A stretch of DNA of 34,182 nt, taken from positions 1-34,182 of the IMG/VR virus record IMGVR_UViG_3300027754_000261. The stretch is one strand, 5' to 3'. Positions 26,223 to 34,182 of this stretch are shown here, piece after piece. The position numbers and the translations under genes are program-made. Within the stretch, counting starts at the first letter, position 1. Every line of letters begins with the position of its first letter. The notes below the pieces were generated by a model. The model had not been told where the DNA came from. It saw nothing but the letters and a program-made list of their open reading frames with translations, and searched no databases. Source of the DNA: a virus. Taxonomy: Duplodnaviria > Caudoviricetes.

Positions 26223-28910
26223 TCAACTTGCCTGCTCTTCAATAAAGTCCTGATGGAAGTACGCAGACCTGGGCCGTCCCTTCGTCTGGACATTGACGTG
26301 TCGTATGACGCCAGAATCGACGAGGTTCTTCATCACGTCGGCAAGCTCGCGCTGCGGGATGCGCCCCGGGCCCGTGCGCGATATGTCCCGCAGCGTCATC
26401 CCAACTTCTCTGGACTTGGCGATCAGGTTGCGCACGTCGCGCACGGCTTGCCCGAACTTGGTGTCGACAATCTCATCCTTCGCACCATCCTCCATCGCAG
26501 TGATCGTCACGCGCGATAACTCGCACGCCCATCGCATGATGTCGGCGGTGACGATCAAGGTCGATTGGTCGATGGACAGCTTGTCGTCTTCGTCCTTGAT
26601 GACCGGCGCGGCGCACCCGCGGACCAACGCGAACTTCAATGCGTTCTCGCGGGCGCGCACGTAGAGTGCGTCGGTGCCATCTTCGCGCGCGGCGATCTTC
26701 TTGCCGTGCATCTCGACCTCGAATGCCTGGGCAATGGCATCCGCTTCCGATGTCATCTGGACCTTGAGCGGATCGATCACCGGCATCATGCCGACCGTCG
26801 CCAGGGGGTTCTCGTTCAGTGGCCGGTCATTCCATGTGCGCAGCCAATCGATCACGTCTTGCGGTGGCGGCAGGTCTTCCGGCTTGCGCCCGAGTGGGTC
26901 GTTGTCGCCAGCGTCGAACATGACGAAGCGCGACAGCAAGCCGTTGTTTACATCCTTGCTCGACAGGGCCGAGAACAGGCTGCGCGGCGTGGAGCACCCG
27001 AGGATCGAGACGCACGGCTGGTCGACGATCTTGACCTTGTCCGTGTCGGCGTAGCTCTTCGACTTGAACGGCGTGCGGCTCGAGGAATAGAGCTTGAGCA
27101 ACGTGGCGCTGACCTGCTGCGTGTGGTTGCCCGCCTTGGCGTTGTTCACCGACTGGAATAGGAACCCGATCTCATCGATCAGGCAGACCTGATTGGGGTA
27201 CTTGATCACGGCGTTGACGATGCCGCTGTCACTGGCGACGTCTTCGACGCCGATCAGGCTAGTGAAGAGCCCCGCGGCAGCGGCTACTTGCTTCGGCGCC
27301 GAGAGCAACCGCTCCTTGCCAGCGCCGGAGTGTGCGACCGCCAGGGCGTAGATGTTCGCGCGGACCTTCACGCCATCCAACTCCGCCTTGCGCCCGAGCG
27401 CCGCGCCGAAGAAGGTCAGCACGCTCGCGAGTGCCAACGCCGGTTGCGGCTTGACCGCCGTAGCGACGATGAAGTCGTGCATCGACCCCATGACGCCGGG
27501 CAGGTTGGCATAGAGCGCGGGCGGGATGTTCGACTCCTTGGCGCTCGCCTTACTTGCCGCACGGACGCGTAGCGTGGTGACCGGCGTCTCGGTCACGTCG
27601 TTTAAACGTCCGAGCGCCGCCTTGACTTGCTTGAGCCCCATCAGCGACGGCCCCTCGGACAGAGGGTCGGCCAGCAAGAACCGTTCGTCGGTCAGGTCGG
27701 AGACGGCCAGGGTTCCGTCGTTCAGCATGGCGCGCACGAAGTCCAGGCGGTCGTGACCGGCGCAACCTGCGTGCGAGCAGTGAACGTAGAAGCCCGACTG
27801 GATCAACGGCAGGTTAGCGCGCGGCATGTCGCCAGCATTGACGGCAAACGTGCCGTGCCAGTCCTCCCCGCCGGTAATGTGGTCGCCTGCCGTCGGGCAG
27901 CGCATGTGATGCTTCGCGCCGCCGCGGTGCTTCGGAGAAAGGATGCTCGGGCGCCGCTCCTTGATCGCGCTGACCACCTGGAACCGGCTGGCGTACTCAG
28001 CCGCCCAGGCGGTCAGGTCGATGACCTCACCGGCCTCGGTGACGACGGTAGTATGCTCGGCGCGCGTTACCGGCGCGCGGGCTGCGGTTGTTACCGGTAA
28101 CCCAAGCAGCGGTGCGTCTACCGTGACCGCCGGAGCGTCAGCCAGATCGAATATCTGGCACCGGACGCCAGCTAGGAGCCGAGCCTCGAACACAGCGTCT
28201 GGCGACGATTTGCGGGGAAGGTAGAACAGGCGGCTAGTGTCGACGCAGCTTTGGTCGTGATTCAGCCCGATGGCCGCGGCGAGGGCACCGATGCGCTCGC
28301 GCCAGATGGTGTTCGCCGCCTGCTGGCTCGAGAAGCTGGATGCAACCCAGGGCCGGTCGAGCGGCAGGATCACCCGGTACTTCGGGCACGGCTGGTGCTG
28401 AATGATCGCGTTGCGGATGGCGCCGTCGCGCGTCTCGTTGACGACTTCCGCGCCTTGTGCGATGCGCAGCAAATATCCCTTCTTCTCGACCAAGTAGTCG
28501 GCGACCGTCTTATCCGGATTGGCGCGTTGCCACTTCTCGAGCGGCTCGGCGGCGACCGTGGTCTGCGTCTGCAGATGGTTGAACGTCGAGTGGATGATGC
28601 AGAGCCAGCCGATCCCTTCGACGGCGTCGGCGATCTCGTCCAGCGTGTGGCCGCAGTCGCTGTCGAGCACGGCCATGTCGATCTCTGCCGCCTGATCCAG
28701 GCGCCGGGCGTAGCCGGTGAACACGGCTGGCGTGTAGCAGGGACCATGCTTCTGACCGACGGTCGGATTGGCAAGCTGCTCGTAGAAGTCTTCGAACGAC
28801 ATCGTCTTCCGCCCGTCCCACCGCATCGATGTGTGGGACGGCGAGAACGTCGCGGTAATGGTGCCGTGCGCGGGAGCCGGGGCGGGCGCGTCAGGTTGCT
28901 TCAATTCCAT
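26223..28910 (-). CDS. Primase-helicase-like replication protein: AEP-like + Zn-binding + DUF3987/YfjI-like P-loop domain
   Basis: AVLDSD, HSTFNH, KYRVILPL, DTSRLFYLP (AEP-like). CP..H...HCSHAGC (Zn). AHSGAGKE Walker A, LIDEIG Walker B, GLLSRF. AAGGA RBS. Confidence 0.85.
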   Translation of the reverse strand: MELKQPDAPAPAPAHGTITATFSPSHTSMRWDGRKTMSFEDFYEQLANPTVGQKHGPCYTPAVFTGYARRLDQAAEIDMAVLDSDCGHTLDEIADAVEGIGWLCIIHSTFNHLQTQTTVAAEPLEKWQRANPDKTVADYLVEKKGYLLRIAQGAEVVNETRDGAIRNAIIQHQPCPKYRVILPLDRPWVASSFSSQQAANTIWRERIGALAAAIGLNHDQSCVDTSRLFYLPRKSSPDAVFEARLLAGVRCQIFDLADAPAVTVDAPLLGLPVTTAARAPVTRAEHTTVVTEAGEVIDLTAWAAEYASRFQVVSAIKERRPSILSPKHRGGAKHHMRCPTAGDHITGGEDWHGTFAVNAGDMPRANLPLIQSGFYVHCSHAGCAGHDRLDFVRAMLNDGTLAVSDLTDERFLLADPLSEGPSLMGLKQVKAALGRLNDVTETPVTTLRVRAASKASAKESNIPPALYANLPGVMGSMHDFIVATAVKPQPALALASVLTFFGAALGRKAELDGVKVRANIYALAVAHSGAGKERLLSAPKQVAAAAGLFTSLIGVEDVASDSGIVNAVIKYPNQVCLIDEIGFLFQSVNNAKAGNHTQQVSATLLKLYSSSRTPFKSKSYADTDKVKIVDQPCVSILGCSTPRSLFSALSSKDVNNGLLSRFVMFDAGDNDPLGRKPEDLPPPQDVIDWLRTWNDRPLNENPLATVGMMPVIDPLKVQMTSEADAIAQAFEVEMHGKKIAAREDGTDALYVRARENALKFALVRGCAAPVIKDEDDKLSIDQSTLIVTADIMRWACELSRVTITAMEDGAKDEIVDTKFGQAVRDVRNLIAKSREVGMTLRDISRTGPGRIPQRELADVMKNLVDSGVIRHVNVQTKGRPRSAYFHQDFIEEQAS

Positions 28911-28916
28911 TTCCTT

Positions 28917-29324
28917 TTAGAACGGGATCGCGTTGTCGATCCACGCAGCGATGACCGTCTCGACGAACGTATTGTATTCGTGAGCGTTGCACGCTTCAAG
29001 TTCCTTGCCGAGCGCCTCGATGTACTCGCCACCGGCCTTGCCAGCCTCGGTAATGGCGAAGATATCAAACCGGTCCAACTCGCGCTTAGATATCCCTTTA
29101 TCCCACGCGCAGATGATCGCATTGATCAGCCCCATGTATTCGTCGTAGGTCATCTCGGGCGTCTTCTTGCCGAGAGTGTCGATGTACGCGCCACCAGCGC
29201 GACCGGCCTTGATTGTTACGTTGATGTCATCTTGCGACCACTGCACTGGCTTACCCACCCTTGTTATCTTCGCGCCAGGAAACTTGCGGCGCACCTCTTC
29301 GTAGACGTCATGAGCTACTCCCAT
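28917..29324 (-). CDS. Tandem DUF6511-like protein with C-terminal IPF
   Basis: Likely start MGVAHD at 29324 overlapping the helicase end. Two AG.AGG.YI..LGK...EY..I..II.AW units. Confidence 0.7.
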   Translation of the reverse strand: MGVAHDVYEEVRRKFPGAKITRVGKPVQWSQDDINVTIKAGRAGGAYIDTLGKKTPEMTYDEYMGLINAIICAWDKGISKRELDRFDIFAITEAGKAGGEYIEALGKELEACNAHEYNTFVETVIAAWIDNAIPF

Positions 29325-30895
29325 TTGTAGCCCGTGATGTCGGTGTACTTGCCGTTCGGCTTCACGGCGATAGCGACCGGCTTGCGCAGTGTCGGCGCCA
29401 GCGGCAGGGCGCCGTCCACCGATGCCGGAATTCCGGCATCGGGCCCGGCACGCATCCGCCACCAAGCCTCGGCCTTCGAGCGCGGGAAGCCCTTATGCTC
29501 CAGGCACACCCACTCGCGGTGACGCTTGGGGCCAGCGAAGTATTCGACCAGCAAGCTCGGCGTTTTGCCGGGCCGGTCGTACTTCGTGTAAACGACATCG
29601 CTGATCTTCACCCACACGTCTTTGATCTGCGTCGTGAGCAAGACCGAAGTGTCCGCGGTCGCCGTCAGCTTCATCTCCGGCGGCGGAAATTCATAGTGGC
29701 AGGTCGGACATAGCATCACGGAGATCGCGACGATAGTCTGGCAGTCCGGGCACGTCTTGCACGGCATCTCGCCGCCGCCTTCGCCGGGCGCGCGGACGCG
29801 CTTGTCGATATCGTCCACAGTGCCGAGCCGGTATGTATTGCCCGCGAAGTCAAGCACGAGGCAGTCTTCCTTGCCCTCGGCGATGCGCGTGCCACGCCCG
29901 AGCATCTGTACATAGAGGCTCTGCGACTTCGTCGGACGCAGCATGCCGATCATGTCGACGCCAGGAGCGTCGAAGCCGGTGGTCAACACGTTCATGTTCG
30001 TCAGGCAGCGGATTTTGCCTTCCTTGAATTGGCGCAGGACGCGATCTCGCTCCGGCGTCGGCGTCTCTCCGGTCACCATCTCGCAACTGATGCCGCGGGC
30101 GCGCACAGCATCTCGCACATGCTCCGCGTGGCGCAGGCCGGAACAGAAGACCAGCCACGACCCTCGGTCGGCGCCCGCGGCGACCAGTTCGTCCGCGGCG
30201 CCGTTGGTAACGCCCTCCAGGTCGACAGCATCCTCCAACTCGCTGGCAATGAACTCGCCGCCGCGCGAGTGAACCGATGACACGTCGATCTGCGTGTGCG
30301 TCTGCTTCGGCGTAAGCGGGACAAGGTAGCCCTCTTCGATCATGCGCAAGATCGACACGGTGTAGGCGACGTCAGTGAAGATCGCGTCGTCGCCCTCGGT
30401 GAGCAGCCCCTGGTCGAGCCGGTACGGCGTCGCCGTCAAGCCGATCACCTTGAGCATCGGGTTCATGGACTTCAGGGCGCGCAGGAACGTCCGGTACATT
30501 CCGGTGTCGCCCTTGCCGAGCAGGTGCGCCTCATCGATTAGGACAAGGTCGCAACGCTGCACGTCGTAGGCGCGCTTGTAGATCGACTGGATGCCGCCGA
30601 ACACGATCTGCGCATCGATGTCGCGCCGACCGAGCCCCGCGCTGTAGATGCCCGCGGGAGCCTCCGGCCATGCGCGCAACATCGCGTTGAAGTTCTGCTG
30701 GATCAATTCGCGGACGTGCGTCAAGACGATGACGCGAGTGTCCGGCCACGTAGTCAGAGCTTCGCGCAGGAACCCGGCAATGACCATGCTCTTGCCGGTG
30801 CCGGTCGGCATGACGATGAGCGGGTTGCCGTGCGCCTCTTGGAAGTACGAGTAGATGCTGTCGATGGCCTCACGCTGGTAGGGGCGGAGTTCCAT
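29315..30895 (-). CDS. SF2 DEAH-box helicase, RadD/YejH-like, with Zn ribbon
   Basis: MELRPYQ start, PTGTGKS, DEAH, LTATP, LTTGFD, QMLGRG, CPDC/CPTC. Confidence 0.95.
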   Translation of the reverse strand: MELRPYQREAIDSIYSYFQEAHGNPLIVMPTGTGKSMVIAGFLREALTTWPDTRVIVLTHVRELIQQNFNAMLRAWPEAPAGIYSAGLGRRDIDAQIVFGGIQSIYKRAYDVQRCDLVLIDEAHLLGKGDTGMYRTFLRALKSMNPMLKVIGLTATPYRLDQGLLTEGDDAIFTDVAYTVSILRMIEEGYLVPLTPKQTHTQIDVSSVHSRGGEFIASELEDAVDLEGVTNGAADELVAAGADRGSWLVFCSGLRHAEHVRDAVRARGISCEMVTGETPTPERDRVLRQFKEGKIRCLTNMNVLTTGFDAPGVDMIGMLRPTKSQSLYVQMLGRGTRIAEGKEDCLVLDFAGNTYRLGTVDDIDKRVRAPGEGGGEMPCKTCPDCQTIVAISVMLCPTCHYEFPPPEMKLTATADTSVLLTTQIKDVWVKISDVVYTKYDRPGKTPSLLVEYFAGPKRHREWVCLEHKGFPRSKAEAWWRMRAGPDAGIPASVDGALPLAPTLRKPVAIAVKPNGKYTDITGYKWE

Positions 30896-31622
30896 GACAG
30901 CGGTCGTGGGATGGGCAGAATTTGCACTGATGCCAGGAAGGGTCATTGCTGATGCGCGATAGTGGGTAGGATTTTGCATTGATGATTCTCGCTGCCTTGC
31001 TTCTGATTGCTTCGAACGTGTCGAGATCAAACGGCGTGATGACCGCATTCCATTGTCGCACGCCCGGTGTGCAGACTGTCAAGTAGTGCCGATGGATGCC
31101 GCTGTAGCCCATGTAGGCTTGCGCCTGCGCGTAGTAGATCGCGTCCCAGGCGCGGAGCGCACCGGCCTCGTCGATGTCTTTCTTCGCGAGGAAGCTTGCA
31201 AACTTCTTCTCGTTTACACACTTCGCTTCCCACACGTAATCGTTGCTCGGGTCGTTGACCAGCCCGCGGATAACGCCGTCCAGGTGACCGCGAAATTCCC
31301 CGTCGAAATCTTCGACGCCCAACTGCCCGCCGGTCTTCGGGTCGGTCACGCTAAGTGTGACGCCGGGCGTCTGGCGCAAGAGGCGCGCGATGGTTGCTTC
31401 CGCGTCATGGCCGCTCTGGAATATTCGGATCGAAGCTGCGTCGTTCTTCGTGATGCCGACCCCGGCCTCATGGTACGCGTACCACAAGCGCCGCTCGCAC
31501 TCGATGCCGATGGACGACATGCCGAGATAGCGACGCACGACGAGTTCCTCGTCGTTGCGCTCAATCGCCCTATCCACTTCGGCGAGGGTCGGGTCGTACA
31601 GGTTCTTCGGCATTTTTGCCAT
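30870..31622 (-). CDS. Cas4-like PD-(D/E)XK exonuclease
   Basis: YLGMSSIG.ECERRLWY, GHLDG, WEAK, YYAQAQAYM, C-terminal CKFC-x5-C giving a four-Cys Fe-S pattern. Start chosen at MAKMPK. Confidence 0.9.
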   Translation of the reverse strand: MAKMPKNLYDPTLAEVDRAIERNDEELVVRRYLGMSSIGIECERRLWYAYHEAGVGITKNDAASIRIFQSGHDAEATIARLLRQTPGVTLSVTDPKTGGQLGVEDFDGEFRGHLDGVIRGLVNDPSNDYVWEAKCVNEKKFASFLAKKDIDEAGALRAWDAIYYAQAQAYMGYSGIHRHYLTVCTPGVRQWNAVITPFDLDTFEAIRSKAARIINAKSYPLSRISNDPSWHQCKFCPSHDRCHGTPPLPA

Positions 31623-31636
31623 GGGCAGCACCATCA

Positions 31637-31672
31637 AAGGAAATCAGCCGGTGCTCCTGCACACCGGCTGAT
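31637..31672 (-). terminator. Probable terminator/attenuator after the SSB-like gene
   Basis: Minus strand ATCAGCCGGTG-TGCAGGAG-CACCGGCTGAT then TTCCTTT. Confidence 0.7.
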
Positions 31673-31709
31673 CGTTTACACGTACGCTGTACTCGTACTA
31701 CTCGCCGTA

Positions 31710-32288
31710 CTACGCCTTGGGCGCCTGACGCCAAGCCGGTTGCGCGGGCGCCGCACGTTGCGGCTGCGGAGCCATCTGCTGCGCCGCACGGGCCGCGGGA
31801 GCCTGCTGCTGAACGTGGCCGACCGTCGCAGGAGCAACCTGCGGAGCCACGTGGGAACCCTGCGGGCCGTTGCCAGCGAGCGCCTTGTACCCCGCGACCT
31901 CCTGCTGTGCCTGCCGGTTGATGCCGTTGCTGTCCGGGCCCTCGGGCTGGACCTTGACAATGGCCAGCATCGGCTTGTTGTGGACGGCTTCGCTGTCGTC
32001 GGTGTAGGTCACGCCGACGGCGACACAGATCGCCGAGAACTTCGCCTGCGCGATCTCCTGCGCCTTGGCGCTGGTGTTCTGGACGTTCAGCCGGTCCCAA
32101 ATGTACCGGCCCTTGTACATGCCGTCGATGACCTGCATCTTCAGTTCCAGGTACTGGCCGTTGCCCGCCTTCGTCGGCTTCATCACCGACTCGACGATCA
32201 TCACGGGGTACGTGCCCGCGGGGAGAATTTCGAAGACGTCACCGGGAGCGATGACGGCGGTGTCGTGAGCGTAACCAAGCTTTGCCAT
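31710..32288 (-). CDS. DUF669-family ssDNA-binding-like protein
   Basis: FEILPAGTY, TKAGNGQYLEL, YKGRYIWDRLN, Ala/Pro/Gln tail ending PAW. ATG at 32288 after AAGGA. Confidence 0.85.
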   Translation of the reverse strand: MAKLGYAHDTAVIAPGDVFEILPAGTYPVMIVESVMKPTKAGNGQYLELKMQVIDGMYKGRYIWDRLNVQNTSAKAQEIAQAKFSAICVAVGVTYTDDSEAVHNKPMLAIVKVQPEGPDSNGINRQAQQEVAGYKALAGNGPQGSHVAPQVAPATVGHVQQQAPAARAAQQMAPQPQRAAPAQPAWRQAPKA

Positions 32289-32295
32289 GTTGGTG

Positions 32296-33069
32296 CTATT
32301 CCTTCTGTGAGGGCTGGAGTTGGGCTGCGTAGAACGGGACGTAGTGAGCGTAGTCACCCCACGTCATCGGGATGGACGGCGGCATGCCGTAGCGGTTCTT
32401 CGCCAGGAACGCAGGCCGCTCTTCGGTGTACAGGACGCGGTCGCCGCCGCCGACGCCGCGCGTGATCTTCTTCTTGAAGCCGACGTCGGTGCTGGTCGTT
32501 GCCACGCGATAGTTGGCGAACAGAACGGTGTCGGCGATCTCCTGCACAAGCGCCGACGTCGCCTTCGCCAGCTTCGGCGAGTAGCGGTCGTACGGCTCCT
32601 GGTCCGGGCTGTCGAACCGGGCGATCTGAGTGTGCGCGATGCACACCGAGCCGATGTTGCGCGTGTCGCGCAACTGCCGCAACAGATCGAACAGGAACCG
32701 CCACGCGTCGAGCGCGGCGACGTAGCCCTTGCCGAAGCCAGGGTGTTCGATGTTCGGCCAGTTGTTGTCTTTGCACACCTGCGCCCACACCATGGGCTCG
32801 AGATGGTCGAGCGAGTCGATCACTACCGTCTCGCGGTCGTGGTCGCCGGTCAGGAGCGCCTGCAGAGCTTCGATGACGGCAGGGAACGACGTCAGTACGC
32901 CAAAGGTCGGCGCGTCGATCAGGCCCATGCCGTCTTCGGTCTGCAGGAAGATCGGCGCCGGGGCGGAAGCAGCGAACGACGTCTTGCCGACGCCGTGCGT
33001 GCCGTACAGCACGGTGATCGGCGGCGCGAGCCGGACCCCGTGCTTGATGTCGGCGAGAGTGATGGTCAT
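32296..33069 (-). CDS. Sak4-like AAA ATPase (single-strand annealing recombinase)
   Basis: YGTHGVGKTSFA, TVVIDSLDHLE, GFGKGY, IAH, AKNRYG. Confidence 0.9.
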   Translation of the reverse strand: MTITLADIKHGVRLAPPITVLYGTHGVGKTSFAASAPAPIFLQTEDGMGLIDAPTFGVLTSFPAVIEALQALLTGDHDRETVVIDSLDHLEPMVWAQVCKDNNWPNIEHPGFGKGYVAALDAWRFLFDLLRQLRDTRNIGSVCIAHTQIARFDSPDQEPYDRYSPKLAKATSALVQEIADTVLFANYRVATTSTDVGFKKKITRGVGGGDRVLYTEERPAFLAKNRYGMPPSIPMTWGDYAHYVPFYAAQLQPSQKE

Positions 33070-33554
33070 GCGTGTTTTGCTTTCTCAATTTTGAATGTCG
33101 GCTTGCCAGTTCCAACGGTACGGGCGCGGGCGAAGATGCTCTGCAGGGACGACGGCCAAGCCGTGTACTTGCTCTCGGGCACGGAGTATTCGGTAGTCAC
33201 GTAGTCGTCGATGGGCTCGCCGGTCGCCGCCAACTCGGCGACGGCTTGGGCGAGGAGCTTCTGGTCCCAATCGACTTTCTTCGGCAGGTCAGCGACGACG
33301 GTGAGACCGTTATCGACAGGCCAGCGGACGGTGCCGGTGTCTTTGTCAACCGCCGATCGTGCGGCGGTGGCTTCGGCGCCGAACTTCTCCGCGAGCAGAC
33401 ACTGCATCATGTGGTCGATGCCCTTGACGTTCTGCTTCAGCCTGCTCAGTTCCTCGACCAGCAGAAACACATCCGCCACCGGCAGATGCTGCGCTTGGTC
33501 GATTGTCATGGATGAGAGCTGCGTCAAGGTGATCGGCGGCTTGGGTTCGTCCAT
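33066..33554 (-). CDS. Phage protein typically upstream of Sak4-like ATPases
   Basis: KDTGTVR, DLPKKVDWDQ, VPESKYTAWP, ARTV..GKPTF. AAAGGA RBS and ATGA overlap. Confidence 0.8.
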   Translation of the reverse strand: MDEPKPPITLTQLSSMTIDQAQHLPVADVFLLVEELSRLKQNVKGIDHMMQCLLAEKFGAEATAARSAVDKDTGTVRWPVDNGLTVVADLPKKVDWDQKLLAQAVAELAATGEPIDDYVTTEYSVPESKYTAWPSSLQSIFARARTVGTGKPTFKIEKAKHA

Positions 33555-33586
33555 TCGGTTCCTTTCTATGCTCTAGTAGAGGCTCG

Positions 33587-33615
33587 AAACTCCGCGCTTT
33601 CGCGCGAAGTGTCAA
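33587..33615 (-). promoter_or_regulatory. Putative sigma70 promoter with palindromic spacer
   Basis: Minus strand TTGACA-N17-GAGTTT; the spacer contains TTCGCGCGAA. Confidence 0.5.
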
Positions 33616-33620
33616 GGTTG

Positions 33621-34016
33621 TTATTCGAAGACCCGGGCGTCGCCGAAGACCTGAGCGGTGCCGGAGACCCGGGCGTTGCCGAAGACCTGAGAGGTGCCGG
33701 AGACCCGGGCGTTGCCGAAGACCTGAGAGGTGCCGGAGACCCAGGCGTCGCCGGAGACCCGGGCGTCGCCGGAGACCCGGGCGTCGCCGAAGACCTGAGC
33801 GGTGCCGGAGACCCGGGCGTTGCCGAAGACCTGAGCGGTGCCGGAGACCCATGCGTTGCCGGAGACCTGAGCGGTGCCGGAGACCTGGGCGTCCTCGCCT
33901 ACGTACGCAGTTGCTTCGACGGTTGCGGTGTCAGCTACCCAGCCGTTGCCATTGGAGTGCCGTTGCGCTGGTACGGGGCCGTTGCCGTCGCCGAAGTCGT
34001 GGGTGGCCAATGTCAC
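33621..34016 (-). CDS. Hexapeptide-repeat (left-handed beta-helix-like) protein
   Basis: GGGGAG RBS, GTG start, GWVADTATV followed by 14-15 V[SF]G[TND][AS][QRW] units. Confidence 0.85.
   Translation of the reverse strand: MTLATHDFGDGNGPVPAQRHSNGNGWVADTATVEATAYVGEDAQVSGTAQVSGNAWVSGTAQVFGNARVSGTAQVFGDARVSGDARVSGDAWVSGTSQVFGNARVSGTSQVFGNARVSGTAQVFGDARVFE
33633..33884 (-). repeat. 18-nt tandem repeat (14 units, 36-nt higher-order period), coding
   Basis: Alternating GACCTGAG[CA]GGTGCCGGA and GACCCGGGCGT[CT]GCCGAA-type units. Confidence 0.92.
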
Positions 34017-34180
34017 TGCGCGAACTCCCCATCGACGCCCTGGCGCCGCCGCAATGCGTCGACCTGGGACATAACTACGATCAGTTCCTCCGCAGCGCGG
34101 ATGCTCGCGTCAAAGTCACGAGCATCCTTCGTGGTCTTGTCGACCCCGCGCCCGAACTGGAAGTAACGCTTCCGGACCAT
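34013..34180 (-). CDS. Hypothetical protein, probably 5'-truncated by the window edge
   Basis: Open frame MVRKRYFQFGRG...GEFAQ* whose TGA overlaps the GTG of the next gene. Confidence 0.6.
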   Translation of the reverse strand: MVRKRYFQFGRGVDKTTKDARDFDASIRAAEELIVVMSQVDALRRRQGVDGEFAQ

Positions 34181-34182
34181 CA

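Larger units (their letters stand above)
1..34182. mobile_element. Podovirus-like phage/prophage genome segment (virion module on +, replication module on -)
   Basis: Densely packed phage-type genes (capsid, scaffold, nozzle, fibres, SLT ejection protein, Sak4/DUF669/Cas4-like/helicase/primase). No host housekeeping genes. Terminase, portal and integrase are not within the window. Confidence 0.95.

Noticed and set aside
27915-30270. GG motifs in replication proteins (KHRGGAK, KAGGEY, RAGGAY, HSRGGEF) and KTEGGQT in the MCP
   Set aside because: Isolated, within folded domains or family motifs; treated as background, though they show the tag needs a statistical test.
33633-33884. Regular repeats near a Cas4-like gene suggesting a CRISPR array
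   Set aside because: Contiguous in-frame coding repeats with no unique spacers; solo Cas4-like nucleases are normal in phage recombination modules.
1-34182. tRNA/rRNA, integrase/att, reverse transcriptase/DGR, intein
   Set aside because: No supporting motifs seen; intergenic gaps are short and the fibre duplications do not show adenine-specific divergence.

Overview
A GC-rich segment of a tailed dsDNA phage or prophage with podovirus-like organisation (no tape measure, tail tube or sheath). The host is plausibly an alphaproteobacterium, which is inference only. The + strand (1-25896) is a virion module: a 5'-truncated large protein with an ART-PolyVal-like domain and a GP88-like Cys domain, basic internal proteins, a GroES-like co-chaperonin, scaffold, decoration protein, Mu gpT-type major capsid protein, adaptor/nozzle proteins, tail fibres, a GNAT, an ejection protein with an internal peptidase S74 domain and an ejection protein with a lytic transglycosylase. 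The - strand (25883-34182) is a convergent replication/recombination module: AEP-Zn-DUF3987 primase-helicase, tandem DUF6511-like protein, RadD-like SF2 helicase, Cas4-like nuclease, DUF669 SSB-like protein, Sak4-like ATPase and a hexapeptide-repeat protein. The most striking signal is a short peptide tag, [FYRKLHA][AKR]xGG followed usually by R/A/K/S/V, present about 22 times in six otherwise mostly unrelated presumed head-internal or ejected proteins, often at domain boundaries. It co-occurs with a stand-alone small gene made of two copies of the module that follows AxGG in tape-measure proteins, suggesting an undescribed capsid-targeting or polyprotein-processing system. All family assignments are by motif recognition without database searches.
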